Origin: Deltaproteobacteria bacterium
Lineage (GTDB): Bacteria; Myxococcota_A; UBA9160; SMWR01
Reading direction: 5' to 3'
Assembly: GCA_032128115.1 (NCBI GenBank)
Contig: JAQBHB010000038.1
Location: 1-15,789 of the forward strand
DNA: 15,789 bases
The notes beneath the pieces are model-generated. The model was not told where the DNA came from. It did not search any database and worked only from the letters and a program-made list of their open reading frames with translations. Of the stretch, positions 14,978 through 15,789 are shown in pieces. Made by a program: the position numbers and the translations under genes. The first letter of the stretch is position 1; each line of letters begins with the position of its first letter.

Positions 14978-15472
14978 ATGACACCCGAGGACCTCGTCGA
15001 AATCGAGAAGATCAAGCGGCTCAAATACCGGTACATGCGCTGCATCGACCAGAAGCTCTGGAACGAGATCCGCGAGTGCTTCACCCCGGATGCCACGGCG
15101 GCCTACAGCGGCGGCAAGTACGCCTACGATGGCGTCGACGCCATCGTGGAGTTCCTGAGCCGCTCCATGAGCGCCGACAGCTTCCACTCGAGCCACCGGG
15201 TTCACCATCCGGAGATCGAACTCACGAGTCCCATTACCGCCACCGGCACCTGGGCCCTCGAGGACGTGGTCATCGAGACGAAATGGCAGATCACGATCCG
15301 CGGCGCGGCCTTCTACGAAGATCGCTACCGCAAGCTGGGCGACGACTGGAAATTCGAGCACACCGGCTACCGGCGCACCTACGAGGAGATCCAGAAGCGC
15401 AAGGACCAGCCGGGGCTCGAGCTCACCGCCAGTTGGTGGACCACCGACGGCAAGAGCGCCATCGACGTGTGA
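14978..15472 (+). CDS. SnoaL/NTF2-fold protein, bile-acid 7-alpha-dehydratase (BaiE)-like
   Basis: IEKIKRLKYRYMRCIDQKLW, YSGGK, SSHRVHHPEI, TATGTWALED, GAAFYEDRY and TGYRRTYEE correspond to my recall of BaiE. GAGGAG SD at 14967-14972, ATG 14978. Confidence 0.82.
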   Translation: MTPEDLVEIEKIKRLKYRYMRCIDQKLWNEIRECFTPDATAAYSGGKYAYDGVDAIVEFLSRSMSADSFHSSHRVHHPEIELTSPITATGTWALEDVVIETKWQITIRGAAFYEDRYRKLGDDWKFEHTGYRRTYEEIQKRKDQPGLELTASWWTTDGKSAIDV

Positions 15473-15523
15473 GCCGATTCGGCTCGAGCGTACTCAAAGG
15501 CGCGAGATCACCCCTGGGAGAGA

Positions 15524-15789
15524 TCAGTCGGCCAGCAATCGGCCGAGGCGCCTCAACTGTTGGGTCGAGCCGCCCAGGCTGAGTTCCAGTTGCTTGGCGT
15601 AGAGGAAGTAGCGATGTAGCGGATACTCGCGATCGACTCCGATGCCGCCGTGGATGTGCTGGGCGGTGTGCACCACCCGCTGGCCGGCTTCGGCCGCCCA
15701 GATCTTGGCCACCGCCACCTGGGGCGCGGCCGGGAGCCCCTGCGCGATCCGCCACGCGGCGTGGAGGGCCGTCAACCGGATGCCCTCCG
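15524..15789 (-). CDS. 3' end of an acyl-CoA dehydrogenase, FadE27/ChsE5-like subunit (truncated by the window edge)
   Basis: AKIWAAEAGQRVVHTAQHIHGGIGVDREYPLHRYFLYAKQLELSLGG is an ACAD C-terminal domain resembling the short subunits of steroid alpha2beta2 ACADs. Confidence 0.8.
   Translation of the reverse strand, partial: EGIRLTALHAAWRIAQGLPAAPQVAVAKIWAAEAGQRVVHTAQHIHGGIGVDREYPLHRYFLYAKQLELSLGGSTQQLRRLGRLLAD

Noticed and set aside
14876..15361. N-terminal extension of the epoxide hydrolase ORF
   Set aside because: Antisense to the BaiE-like gene; SD and homology support ATG 14875.
15471..15485. Small hairpin GAGCCG-ATT-CGGCTC between convergent genes
   Set aside because: Short stem with no U-tract; insufficient to call a terminator.
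1..15789. Sterol biosynthesis cluster, or a defence/mobile island
   Set aside because: No oxidosqualene cyclase, squalene epoxidase, Rieske C4-demethylase, transposase, integrase, nuclease or RNA gene is visible in the window.

Overview
GC-rich bacterial window, almost fully coding, that looks like a steroid/sterol-transforming gene cluster. The centrepiece is a minus-strand operon (14278->6753) of seven tightly coupled genes: a CYP51 sterol 14-alpha-demethylase fused in frame to a [3Fe-4S]-type ferredoxin, an Rv0762c-like NTF2 protein, a TetR regulator, a 3-ketosteroid Delta4-(5-alpha)-dehydrogenase-like flavoprotein, a BaiH-like FMN/FAD/4Fe-4S oxidoreductase, an Rv0760c-like ketosteroid-isomerase-fold protein and an SDR. 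It converges on two tandem CYP123-like P450s, which are divergent from a second TetR across a palindromic operator. To the left is an LLM / SDR / phosphotransferase / Rv2991-like split-barrel run. To the right are a limonene-epoxide-hydrolase-family gene, a BaiE-like dehydratase and the 3' end of a FadE27-like acyl-CoA dehydrogenase. Non-coding oddities: an 88-bp element with 27-bp inverted arms (68-155), an 11-bp-period direct repeat array (2503-2546), and an apparent CTG start for the second P450. Family assignments come from motifs and my recall of reference proteins, not from database searches.
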